Of a stretch of DNA of 64,000 nt, positions 54,645 to 63,623 are shown one piece after another; position 1 is the stretch's first letter; each line of letters starts with the position of its first letter. Made by a program: the position numbers and the translations under genes. Where the stretch lies: the IMG/VR virus record IMGVR_UViG_3300031998_000020. One strand, 5' to 3'. The DNA is from a virus (lineage: Duplodnaviria; Heunggongvirae; Uroviricota; Caudoviricetes). The notes below the pieces were generated by a model that was not told the origin of the DNA, made no database searches, and saw nothing but the letters and a program-made list of their open reading frames with translations.

Positions 54645-54950
54645 ATGAATATGATATATTATTTAGCAAAAGATTGCGACAAGGAAGGTAGGATATGCCT
54701 CTTTCAGACTGAGCCTGACAAGATAGGCGATTTGTGGTTTGCACATTCAGCAGGTGACGGATTCATTGATGTCACGGAGTCTTTCTTACCTCAAAAAGGC
54801 AAAGAAGCTTTCCTTAAGGAAATCGAGGTGAAACCTGTTCGTGTTGAAATAAAACTCACGCAGGACATGGTATGCTACTTAAACCTATTACAAACAGTAA
54901 AGGATGCAACAGGGATTAATATTCCCACAAAAGATAAAGCCTCAGAATGA
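54645..54950 (+). CDS. Hypothetical protein.
   Basis: ORF after the promoter. Confidence 0.45.
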   Translation: MNMIYYLAKDCDKEGRICLFQTEPDKIGDLWFAHSAGDGFIDVTESFLPQKGKEAFLKEIEVKPVRVEIKLTQDMVCYLNLLQTVKDATGINIPTKDKASE

Positions 54951-55150
54951 GTATGACACAAGCAAAGTTAGAACTAGGGCATACACTAGCAGAAATTGAC
55001 AATGGTATGCCTAATGGTATGCTTACAGATTGCGAGGCATACGGAATGTGTGGCGGTTGTGATGAATATTGCCCTGTTCTCAGAGCAGGAAAATGTGAGT
55101 TACAAGATACAGACAATGCAGAACTTTACAAAAAATCAATGGAGGGATAA
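54947..55150 (+). CDS. Small Cys-rich protein.
   Basis: CEAYGMCGGCDEYCPVLRAGKC. Confidence 0.4.
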   Translation: MSMTQAKLELGHTLAEIDNGMPNGMLTDCEAYGMCGGCDEYCPVLRAGKCELQDTDNAELYKKSMEG

Positions 55151-55153
55151 ATT

Positions 55154-55558
55154 ATGAATTGGACAAATTTAGAACAAAGTAAGAAATTTTTAGCTTTGGG
55201 AGTAAATCCCCAAAGCGCAGATATGGGTATCTGTGTATGTGTCGATGATACGGAAAGGTATTTGCCGATAGATGATTGGGACTTGCCCAAGAATGGCGAA
55301 GATGGCACGAAATTTTATCCAAGTTGGAGTGTTGGCGCATTAATTGACTTAATGCCACTATGCATAGGAGAATCTGCACCATTTTTTTTGCATGTAACAA
55401 ATTCATATGTAGAATATGCTAATGCAATAAAAGGCGTAGGAATTTATTATTCAGCAGGAACAAACGGATTGATTGATGCTTGCTTTAAGATGGTGGTATG
55501 GCTGATTGAAAACAAATACATCAAAGTAAAGGAGCAGAATGTCGAAACGGAGGAGTAA
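55154..55558 (+). CDS. SKKLAEIL-family protein (divergent member).
   Basis: NLEQSKKFLALGVNPQSADMGI...PSWSVGALIDLMP...GLIDACFKMVVWLIEN. Confidence 0.6.
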   Translation: MNWTNLEQSKKFLALGVNPQSADMGICVCVDDTERYLPIDDWDLPKNGEDGTKFYPSWSVGALIDLMPLCIGESAPFFLHVTNSYVEYANAIKGVGIYYSAGTNGLIDACFKMVVWLIENKYIKVKEQNVETEE

Positions 55559-55560
55559 AT

Positions 55561-56088
55561 ATGAGTAAGACAGACAGCTTGCACTATCAACTATGCTGTG
55601 AAGGAGCCAAGTGGTTACGCAGACAGAAAAAGAATAACGAGCGTTGTCGGAAGAAATCATGCTTTCGCACAGAGGCTTGCGGTTGCTGCTTCAAGTACAA
55701 GTATGTAGCCGTAGAATTATGCACATGGAATAGCGAGAATACCGATGTTTGGGGGTTAGGCAATTTCAGTGACAGTGTCGTAATTGAGGTAAAGACATCT
55801 CACTCTGACTTCCTTGCAGATAGAAAGAAGTGGTGTAGGAGCGAATATGCCGAGACCTCTGGTCTGCAAGCTGGCAGGTTACGGTGGTATCTATGTCCAG
55901 AAGGTGTCATCAGTAAGGATGAATTACCTGATAGATGGGGTCTTCTGTATTGGGACGGGAAGAAAGTCTATCCTGTTGTGGCTCCGAAGAAGTTCGAGAA
56001 TACAGGTTGGGCAGATATAGATATACTCACAAGTATCTTGAGACGTGAAGGCTTCAAGGAGGGAATTTTCAACTATAGACAAAAATAA
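55561..56088 (+). CDS. Cys-rich protein with a possible PD-(D/E)xK-like nuclease motif (SDSVVIEVK).
   Basis: D...EVK triad seen, with short spacing; assignment is speculative. Confidence 0.45.
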   Translation: MSKTDSLHYQLCCEGAKWLRRQKKNNERCRKKSCFRTEACGCCFKYKYVAVELCTWNSENTDVWGLGNFSDSVVIEVKTSHSDFLADRKKWCRSEYAETSGLQAGRLRWYLCPEGVISKDELPDRWGLLYWDGKKVYPVVAPKKFENTGWADIDILTSILRREGFKEGIFNYRQK

Positions 56089-56094
56089 ATAAGT

Positions 56095-56505
56095 ATGAAA
56101 GCGACAGAATCACAAATAGGCGATTGGGTAACTGGTAAAAAATGGAAAGAAAAACCATTCCAGATTACTCGTATTAATGATAATGGGAAATTTTATTATG
56201 GTGTTACGGCAAAAGGGACATTGGTTGGACCTTTTCTTGTTGAAGATTTAGAGACTATCCCTCTCACGTCTGAAATACTTGAAAAGAACGGATTTGAATT
56301 GCGTGATGGTTTCTTATTCCATAGGATAGATGACAAACCACATCATTATGATTTCAAGTTAAAAAATAGCGGTGTTTATTCCTCTGAGGGTTATACATTA
56401 GAATGTGGTATATATCTTCTGACTATCAGTTATGTGCATGAACTCCAACATGCACTCAGGCTATGTGGCCTGTTTGAGTTGGCTGACAATTTAAAACTAG
56501 AATAG
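56095..56505 (+). CDS. GDWV/HELQHALR-family protein.
   Basis: SQIGDWVTGKKW...ETIPLTSEILEKNGF...VHELQHALRLCGLFELADNLKLE. Confidence 0.7.
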   Translation: MKATESQIGDWVTGKKWKEKPFQITRINDNGKFYYGVTAKGTLVGPFLVEDLETIPLTSEILEKNGFELRDGFLFHRIDDKPHHYDFKLKNSGVYSSEGYTLECGIYLLTISYVHELQHALRLCGLFELADNLKLE

Positions 56506-56507
56506 TT

Positions 56508-56927
56508 ATGACACAGGAAGATAAAAAGTTAGTACTGCAAGACCTTTGTGCTCGTTTGCCGTATGGGGTAAAAGTTAAAATCAGAAGCAACGATATACGC
56601 ACAGTAAGAACAATAAATATCGAGGAAGAAATTGTGACTTTTTTTGAAATAGACACGATTTCTCTGTTTGGCTCGCATATTGAAAACACTCTAACTCTTA
56701 GACAACAAGTTAAGCCATACCTTCGTCCAATGTCAAGCATGACTGAGGAAGAAATGGAACGCTTGACAGATACACATAGCTTACTATCGGCAAATGGAAT
56801 ACCCAATAATGTTTGCTGTACGGTTGAGGGCATGGATTATCTCAATTCAATCCATGTTGATTACCGAGGATTAATCCCGATGGGTCTTGCTCTAGAGGCT
56901 CCAGAGGGTATGTATAACATTGAATAA
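56508..56927 (+). CDS. KPYLRP-family protein.
   Basis: MTQEDKKLVLQDLCARLPYGVKV...VKPYLRPMSSMTEEEMERL...VDYRGLIPMGLALEAPEGMY. Confidence 0.75.
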   Translation: MTQEDKKLVLQDLCARLPYGVKVKIRSNDIRTVRTINIEEEIVTFFEIDTISLFGSHIENTLTLRQQVKPYLRPMSSMTEEEMERLTDTHSLLSANGIPNNVCCTVEGMDYLNSIHVDYRGLIPMGLALEAPEGMYNIE

Positions 56928-56933
56928 ACCACT

Positions 56934-57290
56934 ATGACCCAGGAAGAAAAAAATATATTAGTACAAGACATTTGTGGAAGACTCACTTATGGAGTGATAC
57001 TTAGAATAGCTGGCCATAATGTTAAAATGACTACCAATAATACTTGGGTATATTTTGGTGCCAGTGATGAAGCTAAAGAATATATCAAGCCTTATTTACG
57101 TCCAATGTCAAGCATGACAGAGGACGAGAAAGTAGAATATAAACACTTAGTTTCTTTTAGCGGTAGTTCTAACGGAGCATTGGACTTTGTTAATTGGCTC
57201 AATGCACACCATCTTGACTACAGAGGCTTAATCCCAATGGACCTTGCTCTAGAGGCTCCAGAAGATATGTATAATTCACAAAAGGAATAA
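56934..57290 (+). CDS. KPYLRP-family protein.
   Basis: MTQEEKNILVQDICGRLTYG...IKPYLRPMSSMTEDEKVEY...LDYRGLIPMDLALEAPEDMY. Confidence 0.75.
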   Translation: MTQEEKNILVQDICGRLTYGVILRIAGHNVKMTTNNTWVYFGASDEAKEYIKPYLRPMSSMTEDEKVEYKHLVSFSGSSNGALDFVNWLNAHHLDYRGLIPMDLALEAPEDMYNSQKE

Positions 57291-57293
57291 ACT

Positions 57294-57791
57294 ATGGAAG
57301 CATGGATAACATATGAAAAAGGCAAGTTTTATTTGTGCAAAAATATAATACTTGCTAAAAAAGGTTGGGAAGGTGAGGGTGTAATGGCTGTTTTGTCCGA
57401 AGAAGACCTTCCAGAAGGTTACACCCCTCAAGAAGAGCCTGTTGCAGTTGAATTTCATCTTCAACCAAGAGGAAGAAAAGAATTGATAAAATACGACCCC
57501 TCACATGTAGATTATAATCCTTATGAGCCAAATCCAAAGCCATATAAATATACTGCTAAAAGCTTAGCTGATATAATTCCTTTTGGAAAATATAAAGGCA
57601 AAAGCCTTAAAGAAGTTTTGGATAAAGGTCAGTGGAGGTATATCCATTGGTTAAATAGTGAAAATATTGTATATTACCCTCGCTCTCTAGAAAATGATAT
57701 ACACGCTGCTTCATATGTAATAGCAAACTACCACTGGCCAGACCCTGATTATTTTGACTATGAATATAATGTTGATGCTTCATATAGTTAG
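57294..57791 (+). CDS. DUF3820-like protein (FGKYKGK.L.EV......YI.WL motif).
   Basis: IIPFGKYKGKSLKEVLDKGQWRYIHWL. Confidence 0.5.
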   Translation: MEAWITYEKGKFYLCKNIILAKKGWEGEGVMAVLSEEDLPEGYTPQEEPVAVEFHLQPRGRKELIKYDPSHVDYNPYEPNPKPYKYTAKSLADIIPFGKYKGKSLKEVLDKGQWRYIHWLNSENIVYYPRSLENDIHAASYVIANYHWPDPDYFDYEYNVDASYS

Positions 57792-57811
57792 TATTTGATA
57801 CCAAAAGGTCT

Positions 57812-57852
57812 TGCTATTAAAGCAGTCACCAAGTAAATGTGATTGCTTTTTT
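57812..57852 (+). terminator. Intrinsic terminator (GCAGTCAC...GTGATTGC plus T7).
   Basis: 8-bp stem with one GU, followed by a T-run. Confidence 0.6.
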
Positions 57853-57857
57853 TGTTA

Positions 57858-57905
57858 AATATTGTTAAGAAATTTGGTAATCTGAAACAATTTCATTACC
57901 TTTGC
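57858..57905 (+). promoter_or_regulatory. Bacteroidota-type promoter (TTTG 57873; TACCTTTG 57896).
   Basis: attgttaagaaatttggtaat ... TAccTTTG. Confidence 0.65.
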
Positions 57906-57935
57906 AACAAAACCAAAATAATAGCAAAATAACAT

Positions 57936-58340
57936 ATGACACAGGAAGAACAAAAAATATTACTGCAAGACCTTTGCGCACGTCTGCCACACGATGTGAA
58001 TGTATGGGTGAAAACTCATCATGGCCAAATCATTGAATCTGATATTTTGACCTTATGCAATGGTGGGGGATATTATTCCACGTTAACCTATGAGGGAATT
58101 ATGAATGATTCTGTGGTTAAGCCATACCTCAGACCATTCTCAGAAATGACAGAGGAAGAGAAGAAAGAATACAAAGACTTACTCTATTGTGTTAAGTATG
58201 CAGATGATACAGTCTTAGCAGTTAATATGCTTACTGATTGGCTCAATGCACATCACTTTGATTATCGTGGCCTAATCCCAATGGGTCTTGCACTAAAGGC
58301 TCCAGAGGGAATGTATAATGTGGTAAACGAAAGTGAGTAG
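57936..58340 (+). CDS. KPYLRP-family protein.
   Basis: MTQEEQKILLQDLCARLPHD...VKPYLRPFSEMTEEEKKEY...FDYRGLIPMGLALKAPEGMY. Confidence 0.75.
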   Translation: MTQEEQKILLQDLCARLPHDVNVWVKTHHGQIIESDILTLCNGGGYYSTLTYEGIMNDSVVKPYLRPFSEMTEEEKKEYKDLLYCVKYADDTVLAVNMLTDWLNAHHFDYRGLIPMGLALKAPEGMYNVVNESE

Positions 58341-58370
58341 TAACAGACTATAATACACTAACAGAAAATT

Positions 58371-58550
58371 ATGCTAAAAAGAACAAACATGCCACCGTTG
58401 GGAGTAAAGCCAAGATGGATAATAGAGGAAGAAAGGATAAAGGAATTGCAAGATGCTATTAAGAGGTTTCTTGATGCAAACTGGCCGATTCCTGATGAAG
58501 TATTCAAGGAGTACAATGCCTTGACACAACGTTTAGAGATAGAGGAATAA
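58371..58550 (+). CDS. Small hypothetical protein (59 aa).
   Basis: Fills a gap; ends ...IEE with a GAGGAATAAATATG junction. Confidence 0.3.
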   Translation: MLKRTNMPPLGVKPRWIIEEERIKELQDAIKRFLDANWPIPDEVFKEYNALTQRLEIEE

Positions 58551-58552
58551 AT

Positions 58553-59041
58553 ATGACCAGAAAAGAAGAAATACAACATAAAGCAGACGAAATATTCAGA
58601 AAAGGTGATTTTGGTTTATTGTCTGATTATGAAGTAGCCACACACGTTGCAACTGAAACAGCAGAGTGGGCAGACAAGACCATGCTTGACAAAGTTTGTG
58701 ACTATCTGTCAAAATTGAAATTTTGCAAGCTATCGTCAATAGCTAGTGTCTCCAATATGCCAGTATTCTCAGAAGAGGACATCGAAAAACTGCGCAAAGC
58801 AATGGAGGAAATCGATATTCCTATGGTATCCCCCTCTGCAATGGATTTGCAAACATATCTCAATAATTCTGCACCTTGTAGTCATTGCATATTTTTCAAA
58901 GACTTGAAATGTACATTTCCTGAGAATAAAAAGAAAGAATGCAGTCAGGAACTGGGTACTATTAAAGGCTGGAATACCAAAGAATACCAAAGAATACCAA
59001 AGGATATCGACGTAAATCTTATTAAGGAACAGTTATGCTAA
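58553..59041 (+). CDS. AEWADKTMLDK-family protein (longer paralog of 6969..7229).
   Basis: About 85% nt identity with 7075-7225. Confidence 0.6.
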   Translation: MTRKEEIQHKADEIFRKGDFGLLSDYEVATHVATETAEWADKTMLDKVCDYLSKLKFCKLSSIASVSNMPVFSEEDIEKLRKAMEEIDIPMVSPSAMDLQTYLNNSAPCSHCIFFKDLKCTFPENKKKECSQELGTIKGWNTKEYQRIPKDIDVNLIKEQLC

Positions 59042-59199
59042 CATTAACAAAAAAATGGAGTAATGAGCACATAGGCTTTAAAATCCTCCTTAATGACAGT
59101 GTTCTATTCACTGTGGAAGATAATGACGTGCTTAGGCATGTAGGTGAGTGTTTAATAAAACTTAGTGAAACCGAAGGAAATGATTCATTGTCTGTTTGA
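59035..59199 (+). CDS. Small hypothetical protein (54 aa).
   Basis: ATGCTAA overlap with the upstream stop; weak support. Confidence 0.25.
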   Translation: MLTLTKKWSNEHIGFKILLNDSVLFTVEDNDVLRHVGECLIKLSETEGNDSLSV

Positions 59200-59249
59200 G
59201 AATAGGATGTGCTTGAATAAGGAATATATAACTTTAATTAACAAAAAGT

Positions 59250-59681
59250 ATGCTTACAGTACAAGACTTAATGATGGGTGATTGGGTACGAATCACCATT
59301 GAAGGACATAGGTACCCAGCTTACGTAAATTTTCTCAAATACTACACAGAAGAAATAGGTGTAGCATATCTCGCTGCCCCAGGAGATTGGGAGGATGGTG
59401 ATGGATATGACGATATTGAACCCATACCACTCACTCCTGAGATACTGGAGTTGAATGGGTTTAAAGGTACGGCAGGACGGACTGTCTGGGAAATGGAGAT
59501 AAACAAAAAGTATATTAACATTTGGGGTACGCATGCGCTTTCTTTTTCGATGAATGTCCCATACCTTCTTGGGTATAAATGGATAATACAAGATTTACCG
59601 ATTAATTACGTTCATGAGTTGCAACATCTATTGAGACAATGTGGCTTCACCGAACTGGCAAATGACTTCAAAGTAGAATAA
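59250..59681 (+). CDS. GDWV/HELQHALR-family protein.
   Basis: LMMGDWVRITIEG...EPIPLTPEILELNGF...VHELQHLLRQCGFTELANDFKVE. Confidence 0.7.
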   Translation: MLTVQDLMMGDWVRITIEGHRYPAYVNFLKYYTEEIGVAYLAAPGDWEDGDGYDDIEPIPLTPEILELNGFKGTAGRTVWEMEINKKYINIWGTHALSFSMNVPYLLGYKWIIQDLPINYVHELQHLLRQCGFTELANDFKVE

Positions 59682-59683
59682 CT

Positions 59684-60010
59684 ATGCACACAAATGACAA
59701 GGAAATACTTCAAAGCAAGATTAATGACAGGTCAATTACTTCTGACGATTTAATGTTTGGAAGAAAGATGCCTTTCGGTAAATATAAAGGGCAATTTATC
59801 TATTGGCTTGTTGTTAAGCATCCCTATTATGTGAATTGGATAATCAACCACACCAAATTCACATTCACAGACACGGAAATATGGCTTCATAAAGAATGTC
59901 TGGACGAATTATGGTTAGGGAATTTGAATGGTCTTATATATGACCTTTCTAAGCAAGTCCAAAAACTTGGTTCCTTGCCAGAAAGTAACCCTCATTATAT
60001 AGTAGAATAG
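59684..60010 (+). CDS. DUF3820-like protein.
   Basis: KMPFGKYKGQFIYWLVVKHPYYVNWI. Confidence 0.5.
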   Translation: MHTNDKEILQSKINDRSITSDDLMFGRKMPFGKYKGQFIYWLVVKHPYYVNWIINHTKFTFTDTEIWLHKECLDELWLGNLNGLIYDLSKQVQKLGSLPESNPHYIVE

Positions 60011-60012
60011 AT

Positions 60013-60237
60013 ATGGTTAAAATTAAATTTGAACTTATCGACGAACTCAAAACAGCAGTGAAGAATACTGCTAGTGAAGCTGCGGTGGAATACTATAGAC
60101 AAAATGGTATTCTAAATACACCTGCTCCTTGGTATGAAAAGGGAAAGGCTGCTTTGTCAAGAGAGTTAGAGCGTAAAATGCTAATAGCAATCAATAATGC
60201 AATCGCTGATGTATTCGAGGACTTGAATGTGGGCTAA
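60013..60237 (+). CDS. Hypothetical small protein.
   Basis: ORF. Confidence 0.4.
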   Translation: MVKIKFELIDELKTAVKNTASEAAVEYYRQNGILNTPAPWYEKGKAALSRELERKMLIAINNAIADVFEDLNVG

Positions 60238-60273
60238 TCCTTAAAGAAAAAATCAATTCAAATAAAAAACATC

Positions 60274-60537
60274 ATGAAGAAATTCTTTATAATAATCCTT
60301 TGTTCTCTTCTATGCATGTCATGTGAAGAAAAGAAGAACGAGAAGTGTGAATTGGTATATACCATCTATTGGCCAGGCAATACCAAAACATATACAAAAA
60401 TTGTTGAAGGTGATGTGTATCTAATCTCACATAGAGGTACTAACCGTCTGAAAGTGGGCGGTATATGTATTGAACAAACCACCGCACCTATCGAAATCGT
60501 CTCATATAAGAAGATAGCAACCCAACATAATGAGTAA
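60274..60537 (+). CDS. Small lipoprotein (CMSC lipobox).
   Basis: MKKFFIIILCSLLCMSC. Confidence 0.5.
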   Translation: MKKFFIIILCSLLCMSCEEKKNEKCELVYTIYWPGNTKTYTKIVEGDVYLISHRGTNRLKVGGICIEQTTAPIEIVSYKKIATQHNE

Positions 60538-60556
60538 ATAACAAGAAATAAACGAT

Positions 60557-60823
60557 ATGGTACCAACAATAATTATTTTCTCTATGTTACTCATCGTCCT
60601 TGTAGGATTGGTGTACGCTTTCAAGGCAACAACCTTCACTGTGAAGGATGCTTACGATATTAAATACGATGGCAAGTACCTCACTTTCAAAACCAAAAGC
60701 AGAAAGAAAGTACACTCTTGGAAATTCAAGGGCGAATGTACAGTCTGGCACTACGAAAGTGGCGAAAGATGTGACACACTACTTGAATGTGTCTTATGTG
60801 ATATCTGGCAACAAACACAATAG
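60557..60823 (+). CDS. Small membrane-anchored protein.
   Basis: MVPTIIIFSMLLIVLVGLVYAF. Confidence 0.45.
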   Translation: MVPTIIIFSMLLIVLVGLVYAFKATTFTVKDAYDIKYDGKYLTFKTKSRKKVHSWKFKGECTVWHYESGERCDTLLECVLCDIWQQTQ

Positions 60824-60828
60824 CAATT

Positions 60829-61293
60829 ATGAGTAAAACCCACAATACCAAGCATGAGTACTTGGAGAGAATGAAGGTTGAATTTCCGAATGGTTTACCT
60901 GCTGAGACTCACAAATGCTTCAATGATGAGACAATAGTAACTCGTAAGGAAATCAAACCTGGAGAAACTGACACTACTGATTGGTCTCATTCAGTATGGG
61001 AAAAAGGCGATTGGAGAAAAGCGGAGAAGGAAGCTCAGATGGCCACTTCAAGGCATCCGAATGGTAAAAGGAAAAAGTCATCCTTAACCAAGGAATATAA
61101 GGGCAAAAAGTACTTCACAATCAATAAGAGAACCATAAACAGGTTCGGCCCTCACAATAGAACATCCAAATGCCATAACAACCGAAATACTAAACGAGGT
61201 GTGTCACGAACCATTCGTTGCACTCAAAGGGAAATGGTTAGAAAAATCATTGATGATGGCATAAACGAAATAAACGAAAATAACAAAAAATAA
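60829..61293 (+). CDS. Highly basic hypothetical protein.
   Basis: K/R/N-rich C-terminal half. Confidence 0.45.
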   Translation: MSKTHNTKHEYLERMKVEFPNGLPAETHKCFNDETIVTRKEIKPGETDTTDWSHSVWEKGDWRKAEKEAQMATSRHPNGKRKKSSLTKEYKGKKYFTINKRTINRFGPHNRTSKCHNNRNTKRGVSRTIRCTQREMVRKIIDDGINEINENNKK

Positions 61294-61298
61294 TCACT

Positions 61299-61694
61299 AT
61301 GTGTACATTCGTAATAGACCGTAAACTTAAAACGGCAGAAGAAGACATAAAGGTGTACAAGGTAATACAAGTCAAAAGCGATGGATTCTACGCACCCTAT
61401 CAGGGGGTAAAATATTCCTCCAACGAAATAACATCAGAAGACAGTCTTAAGTTAGAAACTATTGTCATGGAATCATACGGAGAATCACACTGTATAATTG
61501 AGCAAGGAATACATTCGTATGCACATCTTGAAGATGCCTGTGTTTATCTACCTTGGGATTGGATTACGGTAGAAGCAACTATCCCAAAGGGTACAAAATA
61601 CTATAAAGGATATGACCGAATCGACAACAAAAGAGAAACCTATGTCTCAGAGAAGCTGATTATCCACCCTGACAAAGTAAGAACATTAGATTAA
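61299..61694 (+). CDS. Met-Cys-start family, member J.
   Basis: MCTFVID...DIKVYKVI...DGFYAPYQGVKYSS...GIHSY...ATIPKGTKYYKG...VSEKLII. Confidence 0.75.
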   Translation: MCTFVIDRKLKTAEEDIKVYKVIQVKSDGFYAPYQGVKYSSNEITSEDSLKLETIVMESYGESHCIIEQGIHSYAHLEDACVYLPWDWITVEATIPKGTKYYKGYDRIDNKRETYVSEKLIIHPDKVRTLD

Positions 61695-61711
61695 TTAAAT
61701 CATAAACTATT

Positions 61712-62209
61712 ATGTGCTGCTATTTCACTACCCCAAAGTTACAAAAGTCTGATAAAGACATTACGGTATATAAGCTGGTCTACAAATCTAAGGACGGCCA
61801 GCTTTATGCACCATTCCGACGTACAAGATATAGTTTGTCAGACAGCCTCTATTCAAAACTTGGCAGACCTCATAAGATAGACGTGTATACATGTGACAAT
61901 CCTACTAAGCTATTCAGGTGCTTTAAAGTATCACTAGGATTACACACATTCAAATTCAAGGGTGATGCTATAAGGTGGATGGATAAAAACTTTATGCTAT
62001 CCCAAGAGCACCAAATTATAAAGGCTACCATACCCAAGGGGACTATGTATTATGAAGGCTTCTGGGACTATGATGGTAAAAAGCTCAAAACAAGGACATT
62101 TGTCTCAGAAAAACTCATATTACATCCTGAAAAGGTGGTAATGGATAGGCCAATCAAACATCTCGAAGTGAATACCAAACTTTGGGCATTCAACTCAAGT
62201 AATATATAA
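61712..62209 (+). CDS. Met-Cys-start family, member K.
   Basis: MCCYFTT...DITVYKLV...DGQLYAPFRRTRYS...GLHTF...ATIPKGTMYYEG...VSEKLIL. Confidence 0.75.
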   Translation: MCCYFTTPKLQKSDKDITVYKLVYKSKDGQLYAPFRRTRYSLSDSLYSKLGRPHKIDVYTCDNPTKLFRCFKVSLGLHTFKFKGDAIRWMDKNFMLSQEHQIIKATIPKGTMYYEGFWDYDGKKLKTRTFVSEKLILHPEKVVMDRPIKHLEVNTKLWAFNSSNI

Positions 62210-62219
62210 TAAGAACATC

Positions 62220-62921
62220 ATGTGTACATATTTAACAGACTATATCCAGAAAAGGGCAAGTGAGGATGTTAAAGCCTACAAGGTGGTAATGATAAAAGAC
62301 GGGAAATACTATGCCCCGTACAGGAGAACCGTATACTCATCCAATGTCATAACAGCATCCATAGGCGTAGAAAAAATACCTTATGGGAAAAGAGTCGTTC
62401 AAGAGGGAATACATACGTTCAAATACCTCGAAGATGCAGTCAGCACTGCTGCATTGCTTAAATCCGAAGAAGTCAAGAGCGACTTTCATGTCATAGAATG
62501 CATAATACCAGAAGGTGCATACTATTACTGGGGATATCAGACATGTCTATACAAGACACGTACATACGTAGCAGACAAGGTTGTGATGGATTATAGCCGT
62601 CACCTTGACAATCTGGCTGAATACGACGAATTATGGCAAGAGATGAACCGTCTGTATCAAAATGACACGAAATATAAGGGAATTCCTATCATCATAGTAC
62701 AACCTGTACTATATAAGCTTGCCAGCAGGAACATTAAACCAGAACCGAGAGAATTATTGGATATGGTAATACCACTCACAACGCAATATGATTGCTTGAT
62801 AAGGTGGATTGGTGATGATAGTGAATTTGAACACTACACCATAAACAAATCATTTGAAAACAAACTATGGCAAGAGTATTTGACAAAATACAATATCCAT
62901 CCACAGGAAATATATAATTAA
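62220..62921 (+). CDS. Met-Cys-start family, member L (with a C-terminal extension).
   Basis: MCTYLTD...DVKAYKVV...DGKYYAPYRRTVYSS...GIHTF...CIIPEGAYYYWG. Confidence 0.75.
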   Translation: MCTYLTDYIQKRASEDVKAYKVVMIKDGKYYAPYRRTVYSSNVITASIGVEKIPYGKRVVQEGIHTFKYLEDAVSTAALLKSEEVKSDFHVIECIIPEGAYYYWGYQTCLYKTRTYVADKVVMDYSRHLDNLAEYDELWQEMNRLYQNDTKYKGIPIIIVQPVLYKLASRNIKPEPRELLDMVIPLTTQYDCLIRWIGDDSEFEHYTINKSFENKLWQEYLTKYNIHPQEIYN

Positions 62922-62933
62922 AATAAAATCATC

Positions 62934-63623
62934 ATGTGCGCAATAATAGAACATAACAACAAAATCCAAACAGCTCAGAACGACATAGAGGTATATAAAG
63001 TAGTTTGGGTAAAAGACAATGGATACTATGCGCCCTATCAGGGCACACCATACCAATCAGAAAAGGTCACTGCACAGTTAGGTAAACTGTTTACATGCAC
63101 AGCAGGAAAAGGGATAGATGAGGGTCTCCATAGCTTTATGAAACTCGTAGATGCCATGGAATGTGCCTTTGCCTTTAATAAGGCAGCTATCCAGCCAAAT
63201 CTTATAGTAAGTGAGGACTATGAAGTTTCACTATTCAATCGGAACTATCATGTCGTAAAGGCCATCATACCAAAAGGAAGCCATTATTACGAAGCTGTAA
63301 CAGGTTCATCATACAAACCGACATATGTCTCCGACCAACTGGTAATGGACTTCAATTCATATCTCAACAAAGACCTGCCAGAAATCTATATAGGACAAAC
63401 CCCATATAGCGACCGAATGTCTTCCAACTTCGACTACAAGACATTCACAGGAAATGTGTACAAGCTCACAGAACTCGGTATTAAAAGACTAGTAAGAGAA
63501 CTAGTTTGTATTGGTTCTGATATACTGGATAAAGATGTCTACCTCAACCCAGACAATCATCTGGCATACCCAGTGAATATCTCCAACTCACAATACGGAA
63601 CAACATATCATATATATGATTAA
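62934..63623 (+). CDS. Met-Cys-start family, member M (with a C-terminal extension).
   Basis: MCAIIEH...DIEVYKVV...NGYYAPYQGTPYQS...GLHSF...AIIPKGSHYYEA...VSDQLVM. Confidence 0.75.
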   Translation: MCAIIEHNNKIQTAQNDIEVYKVVWVKDNGYYAPYQGTPYQSEKVTAQLGKLFTCTAGKGIDEGLHSFMKLVDAMECAFAFNKAAIQPNLIVSEDYEVSLFNRNYHVVKAIIPKGSHYYEAVTGSSYKPTYVSDQLVMDFNSYLNKDLPEIYIGQTPYSDRMSSNFDYKTFTGNVYKLTELGIKRLVRELVCIGSDILDKDVYLNPDNHLAYPVNISNSQYGTTYHIYD

